A stretch of DNA of 33,770 nucleotides from a virus. Its lineage: Duplodnaviria > Heunggongvirae > Uroviricota > Caudoviricetes. The stretch lies in the IMG/VR virus record IMGVR_UViG_2724679140_000008. One strand, given 5' to 3'. Below the pieces are notes generated by a model. The model had not been told where the DNA came from. It made no database searches and was given only the letters and a program-made list of their open reading frames with translations. A program made the position numbers and the translations under genes. How positions within the stretch are numbered: the first letter of the stretch is position 1; every line of letters begins with the position of its first letter. Shown piece by piece: positions 9,857 through 20,878 of the stretch.

Positions 9857-10172
9857 TGAGTTTTACCGGCACTTCTTCTGCACTGGTTCCGGCATCTGCC
9901 CAGACAACCCCGACCAGCGGCTCAGAGCCGCTGTTAGTCAGCTGAACTTTTCCTGACTTCAGATAAACCTTCTTACCCGTTTTCATGTCATCCGTTTTCA
10001 GCTTAGGCAGCATAAACACACCTTCGGTTATGCCGTCGCCTGTTTCTCCCTGTGGAATATCGGTCAGCGCCACCGCAAAAACATCCCCCACCTGCACCAG
10101 ATCTCCGCTGCTGATGGCTGCACTGGCAACAATCGCCACCGTTTTTCCTTCTTCTACAAAATTCTTTGCCAT
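9849..10172 (-). CDS. DUF2190-type small head protein (putative head decoration/stabilisation)
   Basis: MAKNFVEEGKTVAIVASAAISSGDLVQVGDVFAVALTDIPQGETGDG...; typical partner of ClpP-capsid fusion head modules. Start at the ATG after GGAG; the ORF track extends to 10217. Confidence 0.65.
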   Translation of the reverse strand: MAKNFVEEGKTVAIVASAAISSGDLVQVGDVFAVALTDIPQGETGDGITEGVFMLPKLKTDDMKTGKKVYLKSGKVQLTNSGSEPLVGVVWADAGTSAEEVPVKLNV

Positions 10173-10258
10173 AACTGTCTCCGCACAGCCCCGTTCAGGG
10201 GCTGATTTCAGGTACAAAAAAAGCCCTTACGGGCCATCAGAGTTGTTGTCTGCGACGT

Positions 10259-12217
10259 TTACGCCGTACATTTCACCAGGCCGCGGTGATCAACTGGCGC
10301 AACACCAGCGTCAATACGCACTTTCGTTGTCACGCCATCCACACTGAAGCCCTCCATCTGATCAATATATGGCGTATCCACACCGTTGAGATAAGCCACT
10401 TCAATCGTATCGGAGCCTTTGGACGCAGCCAGGTAGAAGGTGGTCTGGCTGTTATCATCAAGACGAGGCTCTGCAATAACGGTCGCAAAATCTTTCACCG
10501 GGTTAATAATACCGGCGTTAATGTCAGCCCCCTTGACACTTGAGGAGCGAATGACCTGGTTAGCAACAGACTCCATCGCCGTCGGTACCAGTACGAACGC
10601 AGGACGAATATTCAGATGACGCTCACCCTCTTTCTGAACGCGCATCAACTGGCGGGCTTTATCCAGCGATGCCACGTCCATTGCCGCGCTCTCCAGTACG
10701 TTTGCATGTTTCGCTTTATCGAACAGACTTACATTATCTGTGGAGATTTTCGGGTTAGACGTCAGAATGGCATAAACCAGATCGGCAATAGTGGATTTCG
10801 CCGCACGGCCCAGCTTCATCGGGACATCGGTCAGCATATTCAGATCATCATTGATAATGGCCTGACGGGTGATACTGAACAGCTCGCCATAGGTCGCCAG
10901 TGCAATAGTGGCCTGTTTATCTCCGGTGGTGACGTATTTATATTCTGCCCCTTCACGCACCTGACGCAGAGCACTGAAGCCCCCCATACCCACACGATGG
11001 GCAATTTTAAAATCAGACAACTGACCTTTCCGCGTCCACTGTTCATAGGTTTCAGGGGCATCTTCCCAGCCCTGCAGAATGGCTTTGTTCGCAACATCCA
11101 GCAGAATATTACCGAAGTCAGACGTACTGTGTGTGAACGCCGCACCGACCATCTGCATCGGGTTATAACTGGAAACACCAATACCACGTTCAGTCAGTGA
11201 CATACGGGCATATTCACGCAGGGTCATCCCGTTGTAGACATTATCACGTTCAGTTTTTTCAAACCCGGCGCGCGCCATCAGCGCCTGGCGGATCCCGTCC
11301 CCCACAAAATTACCGTTACCGGCATAAATATGAGCCGGGGTATTTTTATTGGATGGCGTGGACTCGCGCCCCATCTCGTTCAACAGCTTTTCGCGGGCCT
11401 GCTCCAGCGAACATTCAGGATCGGCAAGACACTGAGCCTGCAACGACTGATAACGCCCGCCAAACATGGCAAACAGATCATTAATACCGTTTACACGCGC
11501 TTTTTGCTCTGCCAGGACCTGCGCACGGATGCTGTTTTCATCCACCACGGGTGCTGCTGCCTGCACTGGCGTCCGGGAGGCTGCAGGTCCATCATCCTGT
11601 ACGCGTGGAGCACTGTTGCGTGGCGGAGTAATCATATTTCGAATGGATTCCGGCATCTTTTTAAATTCCTCTGTACGTTTTGACTGAATACATGCCATTG
11701 CCTTAACGGCTGGTGTCACCTGATCAGCAAATCCCTGTGCCAGACATTCGGCACCGGACATCCAGGTCTCATCCGCCAGCATGGCAGCAATTTCATCGGT
11801 GGTTTTCCCGGTTTTCTGTGCATAAGCGGGTAACAGAACCGCCTCAACTTTATCGAGCAGGTCGGCATAGGTGCGCATGTCCTCCGCATCACCGCCCGTA
11901 AAGCCAAATGGTTTATGAATCATCATGAAGGAGTTTTCCGGCATAATGACCGGGTTTCCCACCATCGCAATGACCGACGCCATTGACGCCGCCACACCGT
12001 CGACATAAACGGTAATGGACGCACCATGTGTTTTCAGTGCATTAAAAATGGCGATGCCTTCAAAGACATCGCCACCCGGTGAATTAATATGGAGATTAAT
12101 GTGGGTGATATCGCCCAGTGCATTCAGATCACTGATAAACTGCTTCGCCGTAACACCCCAGAAACCAATCTCGTCATAAATATAAATATCCGCGTCACTC
12201 TGGTGACCTGCCTGCAT
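10259..12217 (-). CDS. Prohead protease (ClpP/S14-like) fused to major capsid protein
   Basis: The N-terminal region has a ClpP-like motif (HINLHINSPGGDVFEGIAIFNALK...SITVYVDGVAASMASVIAM) followed by a long capsid-like C-terminal domain. Start taken at MQAGHQSDADIYIYDEIGFWG shortly after the portal stop; the ORF track extends to 12478. Confidence 0.8.
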   Translation of the reverse strand: MQAGHQSDADIYIYDEIGFWGVTAKQFISDLNALGDITHINLHINSPGGDVFEGIAIFNALKTHGASITVYVDGVAASMASVIAMVGNPVIMPENSFMMIHKPFGFTGGDAEDMRTYADLLDKVEAVLLPAYAQKTGKTTDEIAAMLADETWMSGAECLAQGFADQVTPAVKAMACIQSKRTEEFKKMPESIRNMITPPRNSAPRVQDDGPAASRTPVQAAAPVVDENSIRAQVLAEQKARVNGINDLFAMFGGRYQSLQAQCLADPECSLEQAREKLLNEMGRESTPSNKNTPAHIYAGNGNFVGDGIRQALMARAGFEKTERDNVYNGMTLREYARMSLTERGIGVSSYNPMQMVGAAFTHSTSDFGNILLDVANKAILQGWEDAPETYEQWTRKGQLSDFKIAHRVGMGGFSALRQVREGAEYKYVTTGDKQATIALATYGELFSITRQAIINDDLNMLTDVPMKLGRAAKSTIADLVYAILTSNPKISTDNVSLFDKAKHANVLESAAMDVASLDKARQLMRVQKEGERHLNIRPAFVLVPTAMESVANQVIRSSSVKGADINAGIINPVKDFATVIAEPRLDDNSQTTFYLAASKGSDTIEVAYLNGVDTPYIDQMEGFSVDGVTTKVRIDAGVAPVDHRGLVKCTA

Positions 12218-12230
12218 CCTGAACCAGGAA

Positions 12231-13739
12231 TTATTCTTCGGACTGGTCGTCGGTGTGCTGCGGCTCCTGTCGTTTCGTTGCGGCACTGCTGCCTCCTTTA
12301 TCACTGGCCGGATCGGTATCAAATACCAGATCCAGCTTGCGGTTTTCATCAATTTCGGCCTTGCGCCGACGTTTGACATCATCCGGATTACGACCACCTG
12401 CACGTACCCAGTCTGATTCTGTCGCCGCTCCACCACGAATCTGAATTTTCCAGGCCTCAGCCTCCTTAACAGGGTCAATCCACGGCATCACCGGTCCGGA
12501 ATACACCGCGGTATACAGTGAAGAACGGTCCAGATCGCGGGGTAGCCTGATAACACCGGATGCCACAGCCTGTTTCAGCCAGGCACGGTACATCGGGCGG
12601 GTGACGGCACCAATAAACCAGTCCTGCAGGATCAGGTAGCCATCAGTAGATTCAACCAGCTCCTGACGCTGGGCGCTGTAAGTGCCGTTATAGTTGCGCG
12701 CTGTACTGGAAAAACTCAGACGACTGCCCGCAGCCACGGCACGCAACTGACCATTACGAAAAGTTTCAAGGTTAGGATTGGGGCGATCCGACTTCACCAT
12801 TCCGATTTCTTCGCCGGGTTTCAGATCGTCGTAAATAATGCCTGGCTGAATGGTAAGCTCGCGTTCATTCTCCTTGCTGTCATTACCATCCGTTTCATAG
12901 CTCTGTCCGTCGCCTTTCCGGATGTACATCCCCAGAGCAGCGGCGATCCTTGCTGCAGTCAGCTCAGAATCTTCATACTCTTTCAGAGCACTGAGGCGGA
13001 TCAGCACACCGGACAACAAAGACGTCCCGCGCATCTGGTGCAGACGGCGAACAAATTTAAGATGCAGCATTCGCTCTGCATCCACTTCTTTGGTTTCCAT
13101 CTGCCGCCCGGATACGGGACGGCTTTTATACACCAGATATTTTTCGGGACGCCCCCAGTCATCAACAAACACGCCCTGATTCAGCCTGTTGCTCTCATCA
13201 CTGGTCATGGGAATAAAGTCCGGCTCGAGCGCCTCCAGCCAGAAATGAACACCGGCAGAAGGCGTCAGGCTGTTTATGCGCCCGGAAACCATCTGGGCAA
13301 ACACCTCACCATCGCGCAGCCAGGTACGCAGCATCAGACGTTCCAGCATCGGACGGGTAAACTGCCCGGTGACCTCCGGACTGACAGACCATTCACTCCA
13401 TCGGGTACGTATCTCCGCTGCCAGATCACGGGCAATGGCCCCATTGCGTAATACCGGATGTGGCTCGACAATAATCCCGTTTTTCCCCACCACCCGTTCT
13501 TCCAGCTTGTCAAATACACCAATGACCAGATCGTGGTTGTTATCAAGGTAACGGGCCTGCTCACGTAACGACACGGCCCCGTACTGGCTTAACTGGTCGG
13601 CAGTTCGGCTCTCCCGTCGGGCTTTGTGTGTCCGCGTCGTTTTTACGGCCTCATAAGCCTGGATCACCGCGCGGGAACGCAGCCTTGCCGCTTTCCATCC
13701 TGGTGAAAAAACGCCAATCACATCATCAAGAATTGCCAT
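12231..13739 (-). CDS. Portal protein
   Basis: About 500 aa at the portal position between the W-like gene and the protease/capsid gene; called from synteny and size, direct similarity to lambda gpB not established by eye. Start at MAILDDVIGVF..., overlapping the upstream stop in TGATG with GAGG upstream; the ORF track extends to 13811. Confidence 0.85.
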   Translation of the reverse strand: MAILDDVIGVFSPGWKAARLRSRAVIQAYEAVKTTRTHKARRESRTADQLSQYGAVSLREQARYLDNNHDLVIGVFDKLEERVVGKNGIIVEPHPVLRNGAIARDLAAEIRTRWSEWSVSPEVTGQFTRPMLERLMLRTWLRDGEVFAQMVSGRINSLTPSAGVHFWLEALEPDFIPMTSDESNRLNQGVFVDDWGRPEKYLVYKSRPVSGRQMETKEVDAERMLHLKFVRRLHQMRGTSLLSGVLIRLSALKEYEDSELTAARIAAALGMYIRKGDGQSYETDGNDSKENERELTIQPGIIYDDLKPGEEIGMVKSDRPNPNLETFRNGQLRAVAAGSRLSFSSTARNYNGTYSAQRQELVESTDGYLILQDWFIGAVTRPMYRAWLKQAVASGVIRLPRDLDRSSLYTAVYSGPVMPWIDPVKEAEAWKIQIRGGAATESDWVRAGGRNPDDVKRRRKAEIDENRKLDLVFDTDPASDKGGSSAATKRQEPQHTDDQSEE

Positions 13740-13951
13740 CAGAACCTCGCCAGCCGGTACCCGGGATGCCCCCGTTGTCGTGTAATCAGAGCCGCAAGGC
13801 GGCGCTCCCACTCCTGCCGCCCCTGCCGGATCTCAGATAAGTTTTCCATGGTCATCTGCTGACCATTAAAAGTGACGGATTTTCCGTCCAACACCGCCAT
13901 TTCAGCTTCCGTATAACGCTGAATCATGGCTTCAATATCATTCTGATTCAT
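13739..13951 (-). CDS. Head-tail joining protein, gpW-like
   Basis: About 70 aa; size, position and a C-terminal ...RGHPGYRLARF resemble lambda gpW. ATGA overlap with the terminase stop; GGAGG RBS. Confidence 0.7.
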   Translation of the reverse strand: MNQNDIEAMIQRYTEAEMAVLDGKSVTFNGQQMTMENLSEIRQGRQEWERRLAALITRQRGHPGYRLARF

Positions 13952-16047
13952 AACCATCCTCCGGAAGTCAGCCAGGGGTTAACATCGTCAGTTACTGTTT
14001 TCTTCCGTTTTTGTTTTTTAACAGGCGTGGGTACCGGTTCCGGTGAGGGTGACGGTTCGGTACTGTCCGGGACACACTCCAGCCAGGTTTCCCGGCTCGC
14101 CCACTCCGGTGCATCCGGCCAGCGGATCTTTTCGTATCCATGCAGAATGACCAGAGCCTCGGCATACACCATCAGGTCAAAAGCTTCGTTGGCAGCGCGA
14201 CCCGGCTTACTCCATTTCCCGTCACTGCTCCGCTCTTCATACGTCAGTTCGTCGTAAAACCAGCTCCCCAGCCAGTCAGGGAAATGCACATAGCCTGGAC
14301 CTGGCGAGTCACGCCATAACGCGTTATTCACCCGGTCTTTCAGGGCATCCGTCTGAAGAAGCCAGAGCGGCACATCACCTGCGGCCTGCGCCCGGCGGCC
14401 CGTTCGTCCGGTGTTATCAGGGAATGTACGGCTGATCAGTTTTGCGCGCCGGATGCTGTCGCCCTTAAACAGGTAAATACGTTTACCAAGGCCATCACGA
14501 CGGCAACGACGCCAGAATTTATAGGCATTATCAGTGACCCCGTCTTCACCGCCGGAGTCCACCGCCATTGCCATCAGTCGCATTTGTTGAGAAGGATCGG
14601 AGGCCAGCGGCCAGCTTTTATGAAAAACATCCGTCAGCAGGACATCCCAGTCTTCCGGATAGCTGGCCGGATCAATTCGCTGGCTCTCCCCGTCGCAGTC
14701 ACTGCGCAATGACTGCGTGATGTTGTAACGATCAATAATCCAGCGTTCGCCACGGCTGCCATAGCCCGTTACCTGAACCACAAAACGGCGATGACGTCCC
14801 GCCTGCACATCCACTGTCGCCACAAGGAAATTAACGCCATCCGGAACACTGCGGGAAGGAACTGGCTCTGCCCGCTGCTCAAGCAGTTCACTTTTTCGTT
14901 GCTCCATGCTGGCACGAGGAAGATAAGGCAATCCCCAGTCGGTGTTGATAACCGCCCTGAGTGTTTCTTCGCTTCCTGTCGCTTCATACTCCTGTTCTGC
15001 AGTCAGTAATTTGTAAACCAGTTGCGCCCAGGTCTGATACGCAGCAGCTGGCCCTTCCATCCAGAAACTGGCGATACGGGAGCGGCGTGGTTCACCGGAA
15101 ACGTTGCCGTTACGATCAATGACCTGACCTTCACGCAACCAGACTCCTGCACTATTGAGCTCACGCTTTTTCTCCGCAGTGATAATGCCGCTGCAGTGCG
15201 GGCAAAGTAGATACGCCGCCTCACTGGCTTTAAAGGGATCCGGTTCATTACGGTAGCCGGTCATGGCATCCATAGCTGGCTGAAAATATTCACCGCAGTG
15301 CGGACATGGCCAGTACCAGCGGCGGCGGTCACCACGATTGTAAAGGGAAAGAATACCAGTCGTCGGTGGCGCTTCATGAGGCGACTTACGTCGCCATTTG
15401 CTGTCGCAGATGTCACGTCCCGGCGAGCTCTCCACCAGAGTCATCCCGGCGGACATAAATGTGGTGGTACGTTTTGAGGCCAGGGAGAAACCATCACCCT
15501 CGCTGTCGATATTCTCCGGAAAACGGTCGTAATCGGTTAAGGCGACAAACCGGTAATCCGACGACGACATAATGTTGACCGAGGGCCAACCAATTTTAAG
15601 GAACGAGCCATCCCTGAACGTCTTATCATGGACATTATTGTCGTTACGACGTGGACTCATTCTTTTCTTTACCGCCGCACTGCTTCTGAACGTTCTGTCG
15701 AGGCGCTTTTTAGAATGCTCGCGGGCCTTATCTTCGGTCATCTGCACAACGAGCATGTCCGAAGGATCGCAAACGATGGTATAGACAATCCATCCATCGA
15801 TCAGACCAATGGTCTTCCCTGTTCGCGCAGGACCAACAAAAATCACCGCATCGTATTCACGCGATGCCAGGCAGTTCATGGGCTCAATGATGTAGGGTGT
15901 CAGTTCAGGATCCCATGGCACCGAGTTACCAGCCCCCTTGGGAACACGCATGAATTTTTTAACAGCCTCCGAAATCGGCATGCGACGTGGTGGGGAAAAT
16001 CCTGCCGATATGTCCCTTCCCAAATTTCGGGCTGATGAAAAACCCAT
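13948..16047 (-). CDS. Terminase large subunit (lambda gpA family)
   Basis: 699 aa; Walker-A-like VGPARTGKT and a CPHCG-type zinc motif as in lambda gpA; AGGAGG RBS. Confidence 0.93.
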   Translation of the reverse strand: MGFSSARNLGRDISAGFSPPRRMPISEAVKKFMRVPKGAGNSVPWDPELTPYIIEPMNCLASREYDAVIFVGPARTGKTIGLIDGWIVYTIVCDPSDMLVVQMTEDKAREHSKKRLDRTFRSSAAVKKRMSPRRNDNNVHDKTFRDGSFLKIGWPSVNIMSSSDYRFVALTDYDRFPENIDSEGDGFSLASKRTTTFMSAGMTLVESSPGRDICDSKWRRKSPHEAPPTTGILSLYNRGDRRRWYWPCPHCGEYFQPAMDAMTGYRNEPDPFKASEAAYLLCPHCSGIITAEKKRELNSAGVWLREGQVIDRNGNVSGEPRRSRIASFWMEGPAAAYQTWAQLVYKLLTAEQEYEATGSEETLRAVINTDWGLPYLPRASMEQRKSELLEQRAEPVPSRSVPDGVNFLVATVDVQAGRHRRFVVQVTGYGSRGERWIIDRYNITQSLRSDCDGESQRIDPASYPEDWDVLLTDVFHKSWPLASDPSQQMRLMAMAVDSGGEDGVTDNAYKFWRRCRRDGLGKRIYLFKGDSIRRAKLISRTFPDNTGRTGRRAQAAGDVPLWLLQTDALKDRVNNALWRDSPGPGYVHFPDWLGSWFYDELTYEERSSDGKWSKPGRAANEAFDLMVYAEALVILHGYEKIRWPDAPEWASRETWLECVPDSTEPSPSPEPVPTPVKKQKRKKTVTDDVNPWLTSGGWL

Positions 16048-16055
16048 TATTCCTC

Positions 16056-16583
16056 CTAGAGACTCTCTCCTTCCTCATCAGGAATTAATTCAGCAGCACA
16101 AGCCTCGTAGGATTTTTCCTGAAGAGTGTATCGCAGGTCATCAATGGCCTGCTGTACAACGCCGACGGCCTGAGGAGTCAGGGCGCAATCGCGTTCAAGA
16201 ACATCCGGAATTGTCTCCAGAACCTGGACGACAGCCTTTCTCATGGACGAATAGACGATGACTACTTCATCAACTGGGATGAGTTTTCGCTGCTCCTTTT
16301 CCAGCTTGATCCTTTCATTTTCAGACTGGTACCAGTCCTTTCTCTCTTTCGGCTCCATACGGGATGGATCATGAACAGAGTCTGCTGCCTCATGCTTCAC
16401 ACTAAACAGGGCGGGCCCGACATGCTGCAGGGCGTAAACGGGGTTCCCCCTGACAGTCGCAGCCACAGGAGTGTTGGCCGCGAGGAGCCGTTTTTTTACT
16501 GTGTCCCGGTGAAGCCCAAAGGCCTCGGCGATTTTAAAAACACTCCAGTAATAAGCATCACCGATCCCGCTCACATTTGACAT
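16056..16583 (-). CDS. Terminase small subunit (Nu1-like)
   Basis: About 176 aa immediately upstream of the large terminase, with N-terminal HTH-like WSVFKIAEAFGLHRDTVKKRL. Start at MSNVSG...; the ORF track extends to 16595. Confidence 0.8.
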   Translation of the reverse strand: MSNVSGIGDAYYWSVFKIAEAFGLHRDTVKKRLLAANTPVAATVRGNPVYALQHVGPALFSVKHEAADSVHDPSRMEPKERKDWYQSENERIKLEKEQRKLIPVDEVVIVYSSMRKAVVQVLETIPDVLERDCALTPQAVGVVQQAIDDLRYTLQEKSYEACAAELIPDEEGESL

Positions 16584-16595
16584 AAGCAACTCCAT

Positions 16596-16810
16596 CTGGC
16601 AGGTGAAAATCAGGTTTATTTATATATTTCAATTAATTGCAAACTGGTCTAATGACAGGGAGAAAAAAATATTGTACAGGTGAAAAGAGAAATAACTTTT
16701 AATTATCAATAAATTACCAAACATGCTGCCGCCGCCATGGAAATGCAAAAACTAGTCTTTTTCCGCGACGCTCCCGCCCCGTGGCAGGGACCCCCACTGG
16801 GAGGACCCGA
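16596..16810 (-). other. Putative cos region: cosB-like direct repeats and a cosN-like GC-rich element
   Basis: Immediately upstream of the small terminase. Three imperfect direct repeats ACAGG(T/G)(G/A)AAAA lie near 16599, 16655 and 16676. Near 16770-16800 the minus strand reads ...CACGGGGCGGGAGCGTCGCGGAAAAAG, resembling the lambda cosN context ACGGGGCGGCGACCTCGCGGGTTTTCG. Confidence 0.4.
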
Positions 16811-17145
16811 CAGCCTGACAACCGTGACGAGCATCTGAAACAGAGCGTTACATAATGGCATGGGGATAATTCAGAAGGACATCACAGCATGCCCACACAA
16901 ATTAGTGTGAGTGTCCTGTTTCTTACTACGCGCAGGACTGACGAGCATGAGGGGAAAATACGCGAACCGAAATGCCTTATCTTCAGAAATGCAGCCGGCA
17001 TCCGAACTGGACGATATTGTAAATTCACCTAAATACGAGGCATTGCTGTAGTTGAATTGCAGTACTGTATTAGCCTTACAGTGACAGAATACGATATTGA
17101 CTCTGTCACTTGTGAAATGGTCAGAATGGTTAGCAGTTATGGTGA

Positions 17146-17352
17146 TCAGTCAACCACCAGGGAATAATCCTTCGTATTCTTATCGTGCTTTACTAACGCG
17201 GCCTCAATTGCCCTGAATGCTTCCAGAGATACTTGATGTTCTATACATGCAATTACAACATCTGGGTAACCCATCGAAATGGTGCTATTAAGCATAGTTT
17301 TTACACGAACCTGCTCCTGGGAGGGGGCATCAGTGTATTGATCTTTATGCAT
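17146..17352 (-). CDS. Hypothetical small protein
   Basis: ORF-track ORF of 68 aa in the cargo region between cos and lysis; no recognisable motif; start uncertain. Confidence 0.35.
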   Translation of the reverse strand: MHKDQYTDAPSQEQVRVKTMLNSTISMGYPDVVIACIEHQVSLEAFRAIEAALVKHDKNTKDYSLVVD

Positions 17353-17647
17353 TTTGTCGCTCCATTCGTTTGCTCTTCACTTGCGGCTAAAAATATAACG
17401 TCAAATCACTCAGCATGAAAGAGTGAAAGTTTCAGCGCGTTTCCCTTACATAATCTGTCGTTTGTATTCTCTTCAGGCATACCGGAAAGACTAGGTATTG
17501 TCACACAACCAATACCATCGACAATCGAGATTTATATCTATTCGGTAATGTTTAAATATAACAAAACCCCGTAAAAACGAGGTTTATGGGTAATTTGTAT
17601 TGTTGAATAGCATCTGGTGAGAAATTGATGCTAATACTATAAACATG

Positions 17648-17821
17648 CTAGATTAAATCAATCTTGATATCATAGCTTTCAAGACCAGTCATTTTTTCCC
17701 GTGCAGTAAACTGGATACTGGTAACTTCTTTCCCGGTCTTTTTCTTAAGCTCAATGATTTTTTTTGTTATATATTCAGAAATATCTGCTTCTGTTTTTGT
17801 TTTTAACTCTTCAATGTTCAT
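17648..17821 (-). CDS. gnsB: GnsA/GnsB-family protein
   Basis: MNIEELKTKTEADISEYITKKIIELKKKTGKEVTSIQFTAREKMTGLESYDIKIDLI, about 57 aa, matching the Gns family. The ORF track extends upstream to 17914. Confidence 0.8.
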   Translation of the reverse strand: MNIEELKTKTEADISEYITKKIIELKKKTGKEVTSIQFTAREKMTGLESYDIKIDLI

Positions 17822-17993
17822 CATTTCCTCTTTTAGTCTGTTATGACTGTCCTGGTACACAGTAGTGTCAATTATATGGAGCAAACGTATAAAAGATAAG
17901 ATGAAACATCGCAATAATCAACATACGACGGTCTAAATTTCACACAAACAGATAAAGATGATTATCATTTATTATCAATGCATTAGAATCAAA

Positions 17994-18263
17994 TCAATTC
18001 AAGAGTCTCATTGCTGCTTCCAGAATTTCTTCTGAAGTTACATGTCGATCCGCTGCTACATAAATGACTTTATGATCTCCGGTCAGAGATGGAAACCCTG
18101 CAGCCATTACAGTGAGGTGTGTTGTTTCGCCATTTGGATATTCACGCATGATGGTGTTAACTCCGGTCATCACTGGCACTACCATTGCTGGTTCAGAGTT
18201 AAAAAAACTATTATTTTTTTTCATAATGTTACCGTAATATGTGAGTATCCATCGACTAGACAC
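17994..18263 (-). CDS. Hypothetical small protein
   Basis: ORF-track ORF of 89 aa adjacent to the csp gene; several internal Met could be the real start. Confidence 0.35.
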   Translation of the reverse strand: MSSRWILTYYGNIMKKNNSFFNSEPAMVVPVMTGVNTIMREYPNGETTHLTVMAAGFPSLTGDHKVIYVAADRHVTSEEILEAAMRLLN

Positions 18264-18495
18264 TAAGCAAAAAAGCTCCCGAAGGAGCCTTCATTTTCAC
18301 TTTCTTAAATCTAACGACAGATGGCTAACATTTAAGTATTGTGAAATATTATCAAATGTGATCATCATTGATTTACAAAAGATACATTTTGCCCCGAAAG
18401 GATTTCTGTCAGAAACATCAAAAGATGATGTTCTATACTGAGAACCATGGCAACACGGGCATCTAAAGTGAATATGGTTTGTAATATTTTCTACC

Positions 18496-18708
18496 TCAAA
18501 GTGCCACTACATGAACAGCTGCAGGGCCTTTAGGTCCGTTCTCAATACCAAATTCGACTTCCTGATTCTCAGTTAACGTTTTGAAATCGTTGCTCTGAAT
18601 AGCTGAGAAATGCACAAACACATCTTTGCTACCATCTTTCGGCGTGATGAAACCAAAACCTTTTTCAGGGTTAAACCATTTCACTAAACCAGTCATTTTG
18701 TTAGACAT
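18496..18708 (-). CDS. cspI: Cold-shock protein, CspA family (cspI-like)
   Basis: [70 protein letters not shown], with the canonical RNP1/RNP2 cold-shock motifs. A long AT-rich leader lies upstream (18712-19070). Confidence 0.9.
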   Translation of the reverse strand: MSNKMTGLVKWFNPEKGFGFITPKDGSKDVFVHFSAIQSNDFKTLTENQEVEFGIENGPKGPAAVHVVAL

Positions 18709-19071
18709 CATTATTACCTTTTGAAGAAGTTAGCCCTTGGGCAGAATGGTCCGAAAAAAAATATCAGAGAGAAAAACCAACAAGGAAATCTCAAGAGGTA
18801 CAAATAATAAAATTATAACAATGACTGCTTCAGATAATTTTGTAACAAACCAGAACACCATTAACGCATGATTAACCAACCATAGCAAGGATTACTTTTG
18901 TAAAGAAAAACACACGAATGAAACAATAGCTTTATTTATTAATAAAACGTGTCATTCTGTCTAATGACCTTTTATCTTACCCTTAAGATTTCAAGGATTT
19001 TGACTCATGGAAGAGTCCTTTTTATTTAAATTTCACATTCAGCGCTAAAAATAATCCGATTTAATATTAAT

Positions 19072-20095
<1,024 letters not shown>

Positions 20096-20099
<4 letters not shown>

Positions 20100-20407
20100 A
20101 GATATTTATGATGAGGACGCTCGTGCTTATTGGCAGGATTTTCAATCTTAAAGGAGTACTGATGCTGCAGATAAGACTCAACTTTTTCTGACAATTTTTC
20201 TGCTACTTCCAGGAAGACTTGCCGGACGCTCATTCTGGCTGCTGCCTCATAAAACTCCAGCGCAGCTCCTTCAACACGGTCCATGGCGACATCCAGGCCA
20301 AAAATTTCACCGTCAAAGCGTTCTTTGTCCTGTAAGGCTACAGTTACCGTAACTTTATTCTCAAAATTACGGACTCCTTTCACAACCAGTTCATAGTCTT
20401 GAGTCAT
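20096..20407 (-). CDS. ydfR: YdfR-like protein of unknown function inside the lysis cassette
   Basis: 103 aa, soluble, acidic; same size and position (between holin and lysozyme) as ydfR in Qin. Confidence 0.6.
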
Positions 20408-20411
20408 TGGA

Positions 20412-20627
20412 TTACTCTCCTCTCGCAGCCTTACGCCTGTCTTCTTTAATCTTGAAATAAAGATTTGTCAGGTACGTCAGCAGGCCAAATACCAGGCTAC
20501 CCAGCACACCTATTGCTGCCCACTGTGAGGGCGTGACTTTATCGAGCAGCTGTAAAAACCAGTAGCCAGCACTGCCTGCGGAGGTGCCGTAGGCAATGCC
20601 TGTTGAAATTTTGTCCATGGATTTCAT
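20412..20627 (-). CDS. Pinholin, phage 21 S-type (class II holin) with dual start
   Basis: [71 protein letters not shown], near-identical to S21. Met1 and Met4 are the antiholin/holin starts; GGAGGTG RBS. The ORF track extends upstream to 20684. Confidence 0.9.
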   Translation of the reverse strand: MKSMDKISTGIAYGTSAGSAGYWFLQLLDKVTPSQWAAIGVLGSLVFGLLTYLTNLYFKIKEDRRKAARGE

Positions 20628-20723
20628 AGCCTCACCTCCGCACGGAACGGATGGCATAGTTATTATGTGTAGGCTTCCAGACACATCAATCAGAGCCTTA
20701 ATTGATATATATGCTGGAGACGA

Positions 20724-20753
20724 TGCAATATAAAAAGCTCGCCGTAGCGAGCT
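20724..20753 (-). terminator. Intrinsic terminator downstream of the lipoprotein genes and upstream of the holin
   Basis: Minus-strand hairpin AGCTCGC-tacg-GCGAGCT followed by TTTTTATA. Confidence 0.5.
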
Positions 20754-20878
20754 AATAAAATGTATTTCTCTGATATTATGTTTATTTGTATTAGCTCAGA
20801 CTTGACATCACAGGTTTCGTATATAGAACATCATCAAATCTGTCAGTTTGCTATGAATGAGATATAGTAATTGAAGAG

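Noticed and set aside
10286-12444. Plus-strand ORFs inside the protease/capsid and portal genes
   Set aside because: Antisense frames of well-supported structural genes.
16596-17145. Possible attachment site or integrase remnant next to the terminase genes
   Set aside because: No integrase-like ORF; the repeats and GC-rich core fit a cos packaging site better, given the adjacent small terminase.
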